From NCBI GenBank assembly GCA_965263085.1, contig OZ253582.1, forward strand, positions 349,848 through 413,847: a stretch of DNA of 64,000 nt, written 5' to 3'. This DNA is from Nitrospinales bacterium (GTDB lineage: Bacteria > Nitrospinota > Nitrospinia > Nitrospinales > VA-1). Position numbers and translations under genes: made by a program. This document shows positions 19,221 to 30,400 of this stretch, in pieces. The notes below the pieces were generated by a model. That model did not search any database and was not told where the DNA came from. It saw only the letters and a program-made list of their open reading frames with translations. The number at the start of each line of letters is the position of its first letter. Within the stretch, counting starts at the first letter, position 1.

Positions 19221-22200
19221 ATGAAACCCTGCACGCCACCAGCAAAGAAGCCGCGCCTTTTCCGGGTTGCCTACCTGTCCCTGATCTGGCTCGCCGCAAC
19301 CATCTGCGCCCTGTTGTTCACCGCCTACCCGGCTAACGCCAGCCTGATGCTCAATACATCGGGCGACCAGAATTACACGCTTGACATGGCGATCCCCAAT
19401 CTGCAACTGCCGGAAGCGACCGGCGGCACGGGGACGCTGGACTACACTCTGACCGGGCCAGACGGCGGCGCCCTGCCGGAGGGTCTGATCTTTACCCCCG
19501 GCACACGCACGCTGTCCGGCACGCCGAGCCAGCCCGGTGCCACCACCCTGACCTACACGGTCACCGATACCAGCGATGCCGGAACGGTTACGACCTCCAC
19601 CTCCACGACCTTCACGGTCAGGGTCCACATGCTCAATACACCGGACAGCCAGGCTTACGTGTTGAACAGGGCGATCACTCTGCAACTGCCGGAAGCGGCC
19701 GGCGGCAAGGGGCCGCTGGTGTACACTCTGACCAGGCGAGGCGGCGGCGCCCTGCCGGGAGGTCTGGAGTTTGACGCCGACACACGCATACTGTCCGGCA
19801 CGCCGAGCATGAACGGTTACTTCCCCCTGACCTACACGGTCACCGATGCCAACGGTGTCAGCACGAGTGTGAACTTCCTGCTCATAGTCAGGGGCAGCGT
19901 GAAGCTGACCGCACCGCTCAACCAGAATTACACGCAGGGCATGGCGATCCCCGATCTGCAACTGCCAGCAGCGACCGACGGCACGGGGACGCGGGTGTAC
20001 ACTCTGACCGGCGTGCCGGCGGGTCTGACCTTTGACGCTGGCAAACGCAAGCTGTCCGGCACGCCGAGCGCGCTCGGTTCCACTCTCCTGACCTACACGG
20101 TCACCGATGCCAACGGTGACGAGACTAGTGTGACCTTCACGGTCACGGTCAACGCCGACCTGGCGCTCAATGCACGAGGCAACCGGAGTTACGCGCAGGG
20201 CAGGACGATCAGAGATCTGCAACTACCGGAAGCGATCGGCGGCACGGGGACGCTGGTGTACACTCTGACCGGGCCAGACGGCCTAGACGACCTGCCGGCG
20301 GGTCTGACCTTTGACGCTGGCACACGCACGCTGTCCGGCACGCCGAGCACGGTCGGTGTCACCACCCTGACCTACACGGTCACCGATACCAACAATGCCA
20401 GCACGACTGCGACCTTCACGGTCAACGTCATATTTAGTAGGGGAGGAAACCTGGGGATAGTGGAGACGGATGGCCTGGATTACGCGCAGGGCAGGCCGTT
20501 CACTCGGCAACTGTCGGAAGCGACCGGCGGCATAGGGACGCTGACCTACACTCTGACCGGGCTAGACGGCGGCCCCCTGCCGGCGGGTCTGACCTTTGAC
20601 CCCGACACACGCACGCTGTCCGGCACGCCGAGCATGACCGGTAACTTCGTCATGACCTACACGGTCACCGATACCAACGATACCATCCAGGTGTTCGGAA
20701 GGGGCATCCGTATCTCCGTCTTCTCCAACCTGAGGCTCAATACATCGGGCAACCGGGGCTATACCCAGAACACTTTGATCACCGATCTGCAACTGCCGGA
20801 AGCGACCGGCGGCTTTGGGACGCTGAGGTACACTCTGACCGGGCCAGACGGCCTGCCGATGGGTCTGACCTTTGACGCTGGCACACGCACACTGTCCGGC
20901 ACGCCGAGCACGGTCGGTGTCACCACCCTGACCTACACGGTCACCGATATCAACGATGCCTTCACGGCTATGTTCTCGAGGCGCTTCACGGTCACGGTCA
21001 ACGCCGGCCTGGCGCTCAATGCATCGGGCGACCAGAATTACACGCTTGATACGGCAATCACCGATCTGCAACTGCCGGTAGCGACCGGCGGCACGGGGAC
21101 GTTGACCTACACTCTGACCGCGCCAGGCGGCGGCCTGCCGGCGGGTCTGACCTTTGACCCCGGCACACGCACGCTGTCCGGCACGCCGGACACGGCTGGT
21201 ACCACCATCTTGACCTACATGGCCACCGATACCAGCGGTGTCGGAACGGTTACGTTCTCCACGACCTTCACGGTCAAGGTCAACGCCAGCTTGGCGCTCA
21301 GTGCATCGGGCGACCAGAATTACACGCAGGGCACAGCGATCAGCGTGCAACTGCCAGCAGCGACCGGCGGCACGATGCCGCTGACCTACACTCTGACCGG
21401 CCTGCCGGCGGGTCTGACCTTTACCCCCGGCACACGCACGCTGTCCGGCACGCCGAGCACGGCTGCTACCACCACCTTGACCTACAGGGTCACAGATGAC
21501 AACGGTGCCAGCACGAGTGTGGACTTCACGGTCACGGTCAGCGACGGCCTGACGTTCGACTCTGAACCGGCCAACCAGAATTACACGCAGGGCACGGCGA
21601 TCCCCGATCTGCAACTGCCAGTAGCGACCGGCGGCACGGAGCCACTGAGGTACACTCTGACCAGTGTGCCGGGTCTGACCTTTACCCCCGGCACACGCAT
21701 ACTGTCCGGCACGCCGGACACGGCTGCTACCACCACCCTGACCTACAGGGTCACCGATACCAACGGTGCCAGCACGAGTGTGGACTTCATGGTCACGGTC
21801 AACGCCGGCTTGGCGCTGACCGCGCCGGTCGACCAGAATTACACGCAGGGCACGGCGATCACCGATCTGCCTCTGCCGGAAGCGAGCGGAGGCACGGAGC
21901 CGCTGACCTACACTCTGACAGGGCCAGGCGACAGCGCCCTGCAGGGAGGTCTGGACTTTACCCCCGGCACACGCACGCTGTCCGGCACGCCGAGCACGCC
22001 TGCTACCACCACCCTGACCTACGAGGTCACCGATACCAACGGTGCCAGCGACAGTGTGGACTTCACCGTCATAGTCAACGCCAAACTGGCACTCGATACA
22101 CCGGACGACCAGAATTACACGCAGGACAAGGCGATCACCAATCTGGAACTGCCAGCAGCGACCGGCGGCACCGGGACGCTGACCTACACTCTGACCGGCC

Positions 22201-25200
22201 TGCCGGGAGGTCTGACCTTTAGCGGACGCACGCTGTCCGGCACGCCTGACACGGATGGTGACTTCACCCTGACCTACGAGGTCAGCGATGCCAACGGTGC
22301 CAGCACGAGTGTGGACTTCACCGTCATAGTCAACGCCAAACTGGCACTCGATACACCGGACGACCAGAATTACACGCAGGGCAGGGCGATCACCGATCTG
22401 ACTCTGCCGGCAGCGAGCGGCGGCACCGGGACGCTGACCTACACTCTGACCGGGCTAGGCGGCCTGCCGGGAGGTCTGAACTTTACCGCCGGCACACGCA
22501 CGCTATCCGGCACGCCAAGCACGCCTGGTACTACCACCTTGACCTACGAGGTCACCGATACCAACAGTGCCAGCACGACTGCGACCTTCATGGTCAAGGT
22601 CAACGCCGAACTGGGGCTCAATGCATCGGGCAACCAGAATTACACGCAGGACAGGAGGATCCCCGGTGGTCTGTTTCTGCCGGAAGCAACCGGCGGCACG
22701 GCGCCACTGACGTACACTCTGACCGCGCCAGGCGGCCTGCCGGCGGGTCTGGAATTTAACGTCAACGCACGCCTACTGTTCGGCCCGCCGAGCACGCCTG
22801 CTACCACCACCCTGACCTACACGGTCACCGATGCCAACGGTGCCAGCAAGAGTGTGGACTTCATGGTCACGGTCAACCCCGGCTTGGCGCCGCTGACCGC
22901 GCCGGCCGACCAGAATTACACGCAGGGCAGGGCGATCACCGATCTGACTCTGCCGGCAGCGACCGGCGGCACGGAGCCATTGACGTACACTCTGACCGGC
23001 CTGCCGCCGGGTCTGACCTTTGACACACGCACGCTGTCCGGCACGCCGGACACGCCTGGTACCTTTGACCTGACCTACGAGGTCACCGATGCCAACGGTG
23101 CCAGCACGGATGTGACCTTCATGGTCACGGTCAACGAGGGCTTGGCTCTGACCGCATCGAGCAACCAGAATTACACGCTTAACACGGCGATCCCCGCTCT
23201 GACTCTGCCGGCAGCGGACGGCGGCACCGGGACGCTGACCTACACTCTGACCGGGCCAGGCGGCCTGCCGGGAGGTCTGGACTTTAGCGGACGCACGCTG
23301 TCCGGCACACCGGACACGGCTGGTGACTTCACCCTGACCTACGAGGTCATGGATGCCAACGGTGCCAGCACGACTGCGACCTTCACGGTTAGTGTCAGCG
23401 ACGGCTTGGCACTCAGTGCACGAGGCGACCAGAATTACACGCAGGACAAGGCGATCACCGATCTGGAACTGCCGATAGCGAGCGGCGGCACGGCGCCACT
23501 GACCTACACTCTGACCAGTGTGCCGGGTCTGGACTTTAACGCCAACACACGCATACTGTCCGGCACACCGAGCACGGCTGATACCTTCGACCTGACCTAC
23601 GAGGTCACCGATGCCAACGGTGCCAGCACGACTGCGACCTTCACGGTCATAGTCAGCGACGGCTTGGCACTCAGTGCACGAGGCGACCAGAATTACACGC
23701 TTGATACGGCGATCACCGATCTGGAACTGCCGGAAGCGAGCGGCGGCACCGGGACGCTGACCTACACTCTGACCGGGCCAGGCGACAGCGCCCTGCCGGG
23801 AGGTCTGACCTTTAGCGGACGCATACTGTCCGGCACACCGGACACGGCTGGTGACTTCACCCTGACCTACACGGTCACCGATACCAACAATGCCACCACG
23901 ACTGCGACCTTCACGGTCATAGTCAGCGATGGCTTGGCACTCAGTGCACGAGGCGACCAGAATTACACGCAGGACAAGGCGATCACCGATCTGGAACTGC
24001 CGATAGCGAGCGGCGGCACGGCGCCACTGACCTACACTCTGACCAGTGTGCCGGGTCTGGACTTTAACGCCAACACACGCACGCTGTCCGGCACACCGAG
24101 CACGGCTGATACCTTCGACCTGACCTACGAGGTCACCGATGCCAACGGTGCCAGCACGACTGCGACCTTCACGGTCATAGTCAGCGACGGCTTGGCACTC
24201 AGTGCACGAGGCGACCAGAATTACACGCTTAACACGGCGATCACCGGTCTGGAACTGCCGGAAGCGGACGGCGGCACCGGGACGCTGACCTACACTCTGA
24301 CCGGGCCAGGCGGCCTGCCGGGAGGTCTGGACTTTAGCGGACGCACGCTGTCCGGCACACCGGACACGGCTGGTGACTTCACCCTGACCTACACGGTCAC
24401 CGATACCAACGATGCCACCACGACTGCGACCTTCACGGTCATAGTCAGCGACGGCTTGGCACTCAGTGCACGAGGCGACCAGAATTACACGCAGGACAAG
24501 GCGATCACCGATCTGGAACTGCCGATAGCGAGCGGCGGCACGGCGCCACTGACCTACACTCTGACCAGTGTGCCGGGTCTGGACTTTAACGCCAACACAC
24601 GCACGCTGTCCGGCACACCGAGCACGGCTGATACCTTCGACCTGACCTACGAGGTCACCGATGCCAACGGTGCCAGCACGACTGCGACCTTCACGGTCAT
24701 AGTCAGCGACGGCTTGGCGCTGACCGCATCGGGCAACCAGAATTACACGCTTGATACGGAGATCACCGCTCTGGAACTGCCGGTAGCGACCGGCGGCACC
24801 GGGACGCGGACCTACACTCTGACCGGGCCAAGCGGCCTGCCGGGAGGTCTGGACTTTGACGTCGACACACGCATACTGTCCGGCACGCCGACCGAGGTCG
24901 GTACCACCACCCTGACCTACGAGGTCATGGATGAAAACGGTGCCAGCACGAGTGTGGACTTCACGGTCACGGTCAACGCCGGCTTGACGCTGACCGCATC
25001 GGGCAACCAGAATTACACGCAGGGCACGGCGATCACCGATCTGCCACTGCCAGCAGCGACCGGCGGCACGATGCCGCTGACCTACACTCTGACCAGTGTG
25101 CCGGGTCTGGACTTTAACGCCGGCACACGCACGCTGTCCGGCACGCCGAGCACCGCCACTAGTACCACCACCCTGACCTACGAGGTCACCGATGCCAACA

Positions 25201-26327
25201 ATGCCAGCACGAGTGTGGACTTCACGGTCACGGTCAACGCCGGCTTGACGCTGACCGCATCGGGCAACCAGAATTACACGCTTGATACGGCGATCACCGG
25301 TCTGGAACTGCCGGTAGCGACCGGCGGCACGATGCCGCTGACCTACACTCTGACCGGGCCAAGCGGCGGCAACCTACCGGCGGGTCTGACCTTTAGCGGA
25401 CGCACGCTGTCCGGCACGCCGACCGAGGTCGGTACCACCACCCTGACCTACGAGGTCATGGATGAAAACGGTGCCAGCACGAGTGTGGACTTCACGGTCA
25501 CGGTCAACGCCGGCTTGGCACTCAGTGCACGAGGCGACCAGAATTACACAGAGGACACGGCGATCCCCGATCTGGAACTGCCGGAAGCGAGCGGCGGCAC
25601 GGAGCCACTGGTGTACACTCTGACAGGGCCAGGCGACAGCGCCCTGCCGGGAGGTCTGACCTTTAGCGGACGCACGCTGTCCGGCACACCGACCGAGGTC
25701 GGTACCACCACCCTGACCTACGAGGTCATGGATGAAAACGGTGCCAGCACGAGTGTGGACTTCACGGTCACGGTCAACGCCGGCTTGGCACTCAGTGCAC
25801 GAGGCGACCAGAATTACACAGAGGACACGGCGATCCCCGATCTGGAACTGCCGGAAGCGAGCGGCGGCACGGAGCCACTGGTGTACACTCTGACAGGGCC
25901 AGGCGACAGCGCCCTGCCGGGAGGTCTGACCTTTAGCGGACGCACGCTGTCCGGCACACCGGACACGGCTGCTACCACCATCTTGACCTACACGGTCATG
26001 GATGACAACGGTGCCAGCACGAGTGTGGACTTCACGGTCACGGTCAACGAGGGCTTGGCGCTGACCGCATCGGGCGACCAGAATTACACGCAGGGCACGG
26101 CGATCACCAATCTGGAACTGCCAGCAGCGACCGGCGGCACGGCGCTGCTGGTGTACACTCTGACCAGTGTGCCGGGTCTGGACTTTGACCCCGGCACACG
26201 CACGCTGTCCGGCACGCCGAGCACGCCTGCTACCACCACCCTGACCTACATGGTCAGCGATGCCAACGGTGCCAGCACGACTGCGACCTTCACCGTCATA
26301 GTCAGCGACGGCTTAGCGGCGCGCTGA
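19221..26327 (+). CDS. giant autotransporter adhesin, N-terminal segment (signal peptide + 26 He_PIG/cadherin-like Ig modules); frame lost at 26.3 kb
   Basis: The track ORF is 19074-26327. I place the start at ATG 19221 because MKPCTPPAKKPRLFRVAYLSLIWLAATICALLFTAYPANA/S is a canonical Sec signal peptide (basic n-region, hydrophobic core, AxA site). The modules carry the signature LP.A.GG.G.L.Y.L..LP.GL.F...R.LSGTP.....LTY.V.D.NG.S...F.V.V. The ORF ends at a TGA created by 5 extra nt in a linker (gcttAGCGGCgcgcTGAccg versus canonical gcttggcgctgaccg) and has no barrel of its own. Confidence 0.8.
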   Translation: MKPCTPPAKKPRLFRVAYLSLIWLAATICALLFTAYPANASLMLNTSGDQNYTLDMAIPNLQLPEATGGTGTLDYTLTGPDGGALPEGLIFTPGTRTLSGTPSQPGATTLTYTVTDTSDAGTVTTSTSTTFTVRVHMLNTPDSQAYVLNRAITLQLPEAAGGKGPLVYTLTRRGGGALPGGLEFDADTRILSGTPSMNGYFPLTYTVTDANGVSTSVNFLLIVRGSVKLTAPLNQNYTQGMAIPDLQLPAATDGTGTRVYTLTGVPAGLTFDAGKRKLSGTPSALGSTLLTYTVTDANGDETSVTFTVTVNADLALNARGNRSYAQGRTIRDLQLPEAIGGTGTLVYTLTGPDGLDDLPAGLTFDAGTRTLSGTPSTVGVTTLTYTVTDTNNASTTATFTVNVIFSRGGNLGIVETDGLDYAQGRPFTRQLSEATGGIGTLTYTLTGLDGGPLPAGLTFDPDTRTLSGTPSMTGNFVMTYTVTDTNDTIQVFGRGIRISVFSNLRLNTSGNRGYTQNTLITDLQLPEATGGFGTLRYTLTGPDGLPMGLTFDAGTRTLSGTPSTVGVTTLTYTVTDINDAFTAMFSRRFTVTVNAGLALNASGDQNYTLDTAITDLQLPVATGGTGTLTYTLTAPGGGLPAGLTFDPGTRTLSGTPDTAGTTILTYMATDTSGVGTVTFSTTFTVKVNASLALSASGDQNYTQGTAISVQLPAATGGTMPLTYTLTGLPAGLTFTPGTRTLSGTPSTAATTTLTYRVTDDNGASTSVDFTVTVSDGLTFDSEPANQNYTQGTAIPDLQLPVATGGTEPLRYTLTSVPGLTFTPGTRILSGTPDTAATTTLTYRVTDTNGASTSVDFMVTVNAGLALTAPVDQNYTQGTAITDLPLPEASGGTEPLTYTLTGPGDSALQGGLDFTPGTRTLSGTPSTPATTTLTYEVTDTNGASDSVDFTVIVNAKLALDTPDDQNYTQDKAITNLELPAATGGTGTLTYTLTGLPGGLTFSGRTLSGTPDTDGDFTLTYEVSDANGASTSVDFTVIVNAKLALDTPDDQNYTQGRAITDLTLPAASGGTGTLTYTLTGLGGLPGGLNFTAGTRTLSGTPSTPGTTTLTYEVTDTNSASTTATFMVKVNAELGLNASGNQNYTQDRRIPGGLFLPEATGGTAPLTYTLTAPGGLPAGLEFNVNARLLFGPPSTPATTTLTYTVTDANGASKSVDFMVTVNPGLAPLTAPADQNYTQGRAITDLTLPAATGGTEPLTYTLTGLPPGLTFDTRTLSGTPDTPGTFDLTYEVTDANGASTDVTFMVTVNEGLALTASSNQNYTLNTAIPALTLPAADGGTGTLTYTLTGPGGLPGGLDFSGRTLSGTPDTAGDFTLTYEVMDANGASTTATFTVSVSDGLALSARGDQNYTQDKAITDLELPIASGGTAPLTYTLTSVPGLDFNANTRILSGTPSTADTFDLTYEVTDANGASTTATFTVIVSDGLALSARGDQNYTLDTAITDLELPEASGGTGTLTYTLTGPGDSALPGGLTFSGRILSGTPDTAGDFTLTYTVTDTNNATTTATFTVIVSDGLALSARGDQNYTQDKAITDLELPIASGGTAPLTYTLTSVPGLDFNANTRTLSGTPSTADTFDLTYEVTDANGASTTATFTVIVSDGLALSARGDQNYTLNTAITGLELPEADGGTGTLTYTLTGPGGLPGGLDFSGRTLSGTPDTAGDFTLTYTVTDTNDATTTATFTVIVSDGLALSARGDQNYTQDKAITDLELPIASGGTAPLTYTLTSVPGLDFNANTRTLSGTPSTADTFDLTYEVTDANGASTTATFTVIVSDGLALTASGNQNYTLDTEITALELPVATGGTGTRTYTLTGPSGLPGGLDFDVDTRILSGTPTEVGTTTLTYEVMDENGASTSVDFTVTVNAGLTLTASGNQNYTQGTAITDLPLPAATGGTMPLTYTLTSVPGLDFNAGTRTLSGTPSTATSTTTLTYEVTDANNASTSVDFTVTVNAGLTLTASGNQNYTLDTAITGLELPVATGGTMPLTYTLTGPSGGNLPAGLTFSGRTLSGTPTEVGTTTLTYEVMDENGASTSVDFTVTVNAGLALSARGDQNYTEDTAIPDLELPEASGGTEPLVYTLTGPGDSALPGGLTFSGRTLSGTPTEVGTTTLTYEVMDENGASTSVDFTVTVNAGLALSARGDQNYTEDTAIPDLELPEASGGTEPLVYTLTGPGDSALPGGLTFSGRTLSGTPDTAATTILTYTVMDDNGASTSVDFTVTVNEGLALTASGDQNYTQGTAITNLELPAATGGTALLVYTLTSVPGLDFDPGTRTLSGTPSTPATTTLTYMVSDANGASTTATFTVIVSDGLAAR

Positions 26328-27477
26328 CCGCATCGGGCAACCAGAATTACACGCTTGATACGGCGATCACCGATCTGGAACTGCCGGAAGCGAGCGGCGG
26401 CACGGAGCCACTGACCTACACTCTGACCAGTGTGCCGGGTCTGACCTTTACCCCCGGCACACGCACGCTGTCCGGCACGCCGCCAGAGTCATAGTCCGAC
26501 GGCTTGGCGCACGCAACCAGAATTACAGATCACCACGGACCTACACTCTGCCAGCACCCTCACGGTCACGGTACACGGTCATGGATGACAACGGTGCCAG
26601 CACGAGTGTGGACTTCACGGTCACGGTCAACGACGGCTTGGCACTCAGTGCACGAGGCGACCAGAATTACACGCAGGACAAGGCGATCACCGATCTGCAA
26701 CTGCCGATAGCGAGCGGCGACCGACCAGCACGGGCTTTACCCCCGGCACACGCCACTGACCTACACTCTGACCAGTGTGCCGGGTCTGGACTTTGACCCC
26801 GGCACACGCACGCTGTCCGGCACGCCGACCGAGGTCGGTACCACCACCCTGACCTACGAGGTCATGGATGAAAACGGTGCCAGCACGAGTGTGGACTTCA
26901 CGGTCACGGTCAACGCCGGCTTGGCACTCAGTGCACGAGGCGACCAGAATTACACAGAGGACACGGCGATCCCCGATCTGGAACTGCCGGAAGCGAGCGG
27001 CGGCACGGAGCCACTGACCTACACTCTGACCAGTGTGCCGGGTCTGGACTTTGACGCCGACACACGCATACTGTCCGGCACACCGAGCACGCCTGCTACC
27101 ACCACCCTGACCTACATGGTCAGCGATGCCAACGGTGCCAGCACGACTGCGACCTTCACCGTCATAGTCAGCGACGGCTTGGCGCTGACCGCATCGGGCA
27201 ACCAGAATTACACAGATCACCGCTCTGGACAAGGCGATCACCGACTCTGCCAACTGCCGGAAGCGACGCACGCTGTCCGGCACGCCGAGTACCACCACCC
27301 TGACCTACAGGTCATGGATGAAAACGGTGCCACACGAGTGACTTCACGGTCACGGTCAACGCCGGCGCACTCAGTGCACGAGGCGACCAGAATTACACAG
27401 AGGACACGGCGATCCCCGATCTGGAACTGCCGGAAGCGAGCGGCGGCACGGAGCCACTGACCTACACTCTGACCAGT
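26311..27477 (+). other. scrambled-repeat zone interrupting the adhesin frame (assembly collapse or genuine disruption)
   Basis: Four patches (26314-26323, 26471-26580, 26716-26760, 27215-27375) are shredded or misplaced module pieces. They are separated by intact canonical modules, and ORF 26777-27460 reads through two of those. Confidence 0.8.
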
Positions 27478-30400
27478 GTGCCGGGTCTGGACTTTGACGC
27501 CGACACACGCATACTGTCCGGCACACCGAGCACGCCTGCTACCACCACCCTGACCTACATGGTCAGCGATGCCAACGGTGCCAGCACGACTGCGACCTTC
27601 ACCGTCATAGTCAGCGACGGCTTGGCGCTGACCGCATCGGGCAACCAGAATTACACGCAGGACAAGGCGATCCCCGATCTGCAACTGCCGGAAGCGAGCG
27701 GCGGCACGGAGCCACTGACCTACACTCTGACCAGTGTGCCGGGTCTGGACTTTGACGCCGACACACGCATACTGTCCGGCACACCGAGCACGCCTGCTAC
27801 CACCACCCTGACCTACATGGTCAGCGATGCCAACGGTGCCAGCACGACTGCGACCTTCACCGTCATAGTCAGCGACGGCTTGGCGCTGACCGCATCGGGC
27901 AACCAGAATTACACAGAGGACAAGGCGATCCCCGATCTGCAACTGCCGATAGCGACCGGAGGCACGGGGACGCTGACCTACACTCTGACCGGGCCAAGCG
28001 GCGGCAACCTACCGGCGGGTCTGACCTTTAGCGGACGCACGCTGTCCGGCACGCCGACCGAGGTCGGTACCACCACCCTGACCTACGAGGTCATGGATGA
28101 AAACGGTGCCAGCACGAGTGTGGACTTCACGGTCACGGTCAACGCCGGCTTGGCACTCAGTGCACGAGGCGACCAGAATTACACAGAGGACACGGCGATC
28201 CCCGATCTGGAACTGCCGGAAGCGAGCGGCGGCACGGAGCCACTGACCTACACTCTGACCAGTGTGCCGGGTCTGGACTTTGACGCCGACACACGCATAC
28301 TGTCCGGCACACCGAGCACGCCTGCTACCACCACCCTGACCTACATGGTCAGCGATGCCAACGGTGCCAGCACGACTGCGACCTTCACCGTCATAGTCAG
28401 CGACGGCTTGGCGCTGACCGCATCGGGCAACCAGAATTACACGCAGGACAAGGCGATCCCCGATCTGCAACTGCCGATAGCGACCGGAGGCACGGGGACG
28501 CTGACCTACACTCTGACCAGTGTGCCGGGTCTGGACTTTGACCCCGGCACACGCACGCTGTCCGGCACGCCGAGCACGCCTGCTACCACCACCCTGACCT
28601 ACATGGTCAGCGATGCCAACGGTGCCAGCACGACTGCGACCTTCACCGTCATAGTCAGCGACGGCTTGGCGCTGACCGCATCGGGCAACCAGAATTACAC
28701 GCAGGACAAGGCGATCCCCGATCTGGAACTGCCGGTAGCGACCGGCGGCACGGAGCCACTGACCTACACTCTGACCAGTGTGCCGGGTCTGGACTTTAAC
28801 CCCGGCACACGCATACTGTCCGGCACACCGAGCACGGCTGATACCACTACCCTGACCTACACGGTCACCGATACCAACGGTGCCAGCGAGAATGCGACCT
28901 TCATGGTCACGGTCAACGCCAGCTTAGCGCTGACCGCGCCGGTCGACCAGAATTACACGCTTGATACGGAGATCACCGGTCTGACTCTGCCGGAAGCGGA
29001 CGGCGGCACGGCGCCGCTGACCTACACTCTGACCAGCGTGCCGGGTCTGAACTTTAACGCCAACACACGCACGCTGTCCGGCACGCCGAGCACGGCTGAT
29101 ACCACTACCCTGACCTACACGGTCACCGATACCAACGGTGCCAGCGAGAATGCGACCTTCATGGTCACGGTCAACGCCAGCTTAGCGCTGACCGCGCCGG
29201 TCGACCAGAATTACACGCTTGATACGGAGATCACCGGTCTGACTCTGCCGGAAGCGGACGGCGGCACGGCGCCGCTGACCTACACTCTGACCAGCGTGCC
29301 GGGTCTGAACTTTAACGCCAACACACGCACGCTGTCCGGCACGCCGAGCACGGCTGATACCACTACCCTGACCTACACGGTCACCGATACCAACGGGGCC
29401 AGCGAGAATGCGACCTTCACGGTCACGGTCAACGAGGGCTTGGCGCTGACCGCATCGGGCAACCAGAATTACACAGAGGGCAGGGTGATCACCGCTCTGC
29501 AACTGCCGGTAGCGACCGGCGGCACGGGAACGCTGGTGTACACTCTGACAGGGCCAAGCGGCGGCAACCTGCCGGCGGGTCTGACCTTTACCCCTGGCAC
29601 ACGCACGCTGTCCGGCACGCCGAGCACGGCTGATACCACTACCCTGACCTACACGGTCACCGATACCAACGGTGCCAGCGAGAATGCGACCTTCATGGTC
29701 ACGGTCAACGCCAGCTTAGCGCTGACCGCGCCGGTCGACCAGAATTACACGCTTGATACGGAGATCACCGGTCTGACTCTGCCGGAAGCGGACGGCGGCA
29801 CCGGGACGCTGACCTACACTCTGACCAGCGTGCCGGGTCTGACCTTTACCCCCGGCACACGCACGCTGTCCGGCACGCCGAGCACGGCTGATACCACTAC
29901 CCTGACCTACACGGTCACCGATACCAACGGTGCCAGCGAGAATGCGACCTTCATGGTCACGGTCAACGCCAGCTTAGCGCTGACCGCGCCGGTCGACCAG
30001 AATTACACGCTTGATACGGAGATCACCGGTCTGACTCTGCCGGAAGCGGACGGCGGCACGGCGCCGCTGACCTACACTCTGACCAGCGTGCCGGGTCTGA
30101 ACTTTAACGCCAACACACGCACGCTGTCCGGCACGCCGAGCACGGCTGATACCACTACCCTGACCTACACGGTCACCGATACCAACGGTGCCAGCGAGAA
30201 TGCGACCTTCATGGTCACGGTCAACGCCAGCTTAGCGCTGACCGCGCCGGTCGACCAGAATTACACGCTTGATACGGAGATCACCGGTCTGACTCTGCCG
30301 GAAGCGGACGGCGGCACGGCGCCGCTGACCTACACTCTGACCAGCGTGCCGGGTCTGAACTTTAACGCCAACACACGCACGCTGTCCGGCACGCCGAGCA

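Noticed and set aside
27478-27480. GTG at 27478 as the start of an independent second adhesin gene.
   Set aside because: It lies in the middle of a repeat module, has no signal peptide or ribosome-binding context, and follows 1.15 kb of frame-broken modules. It is best read as the continuation of the upstream gene.
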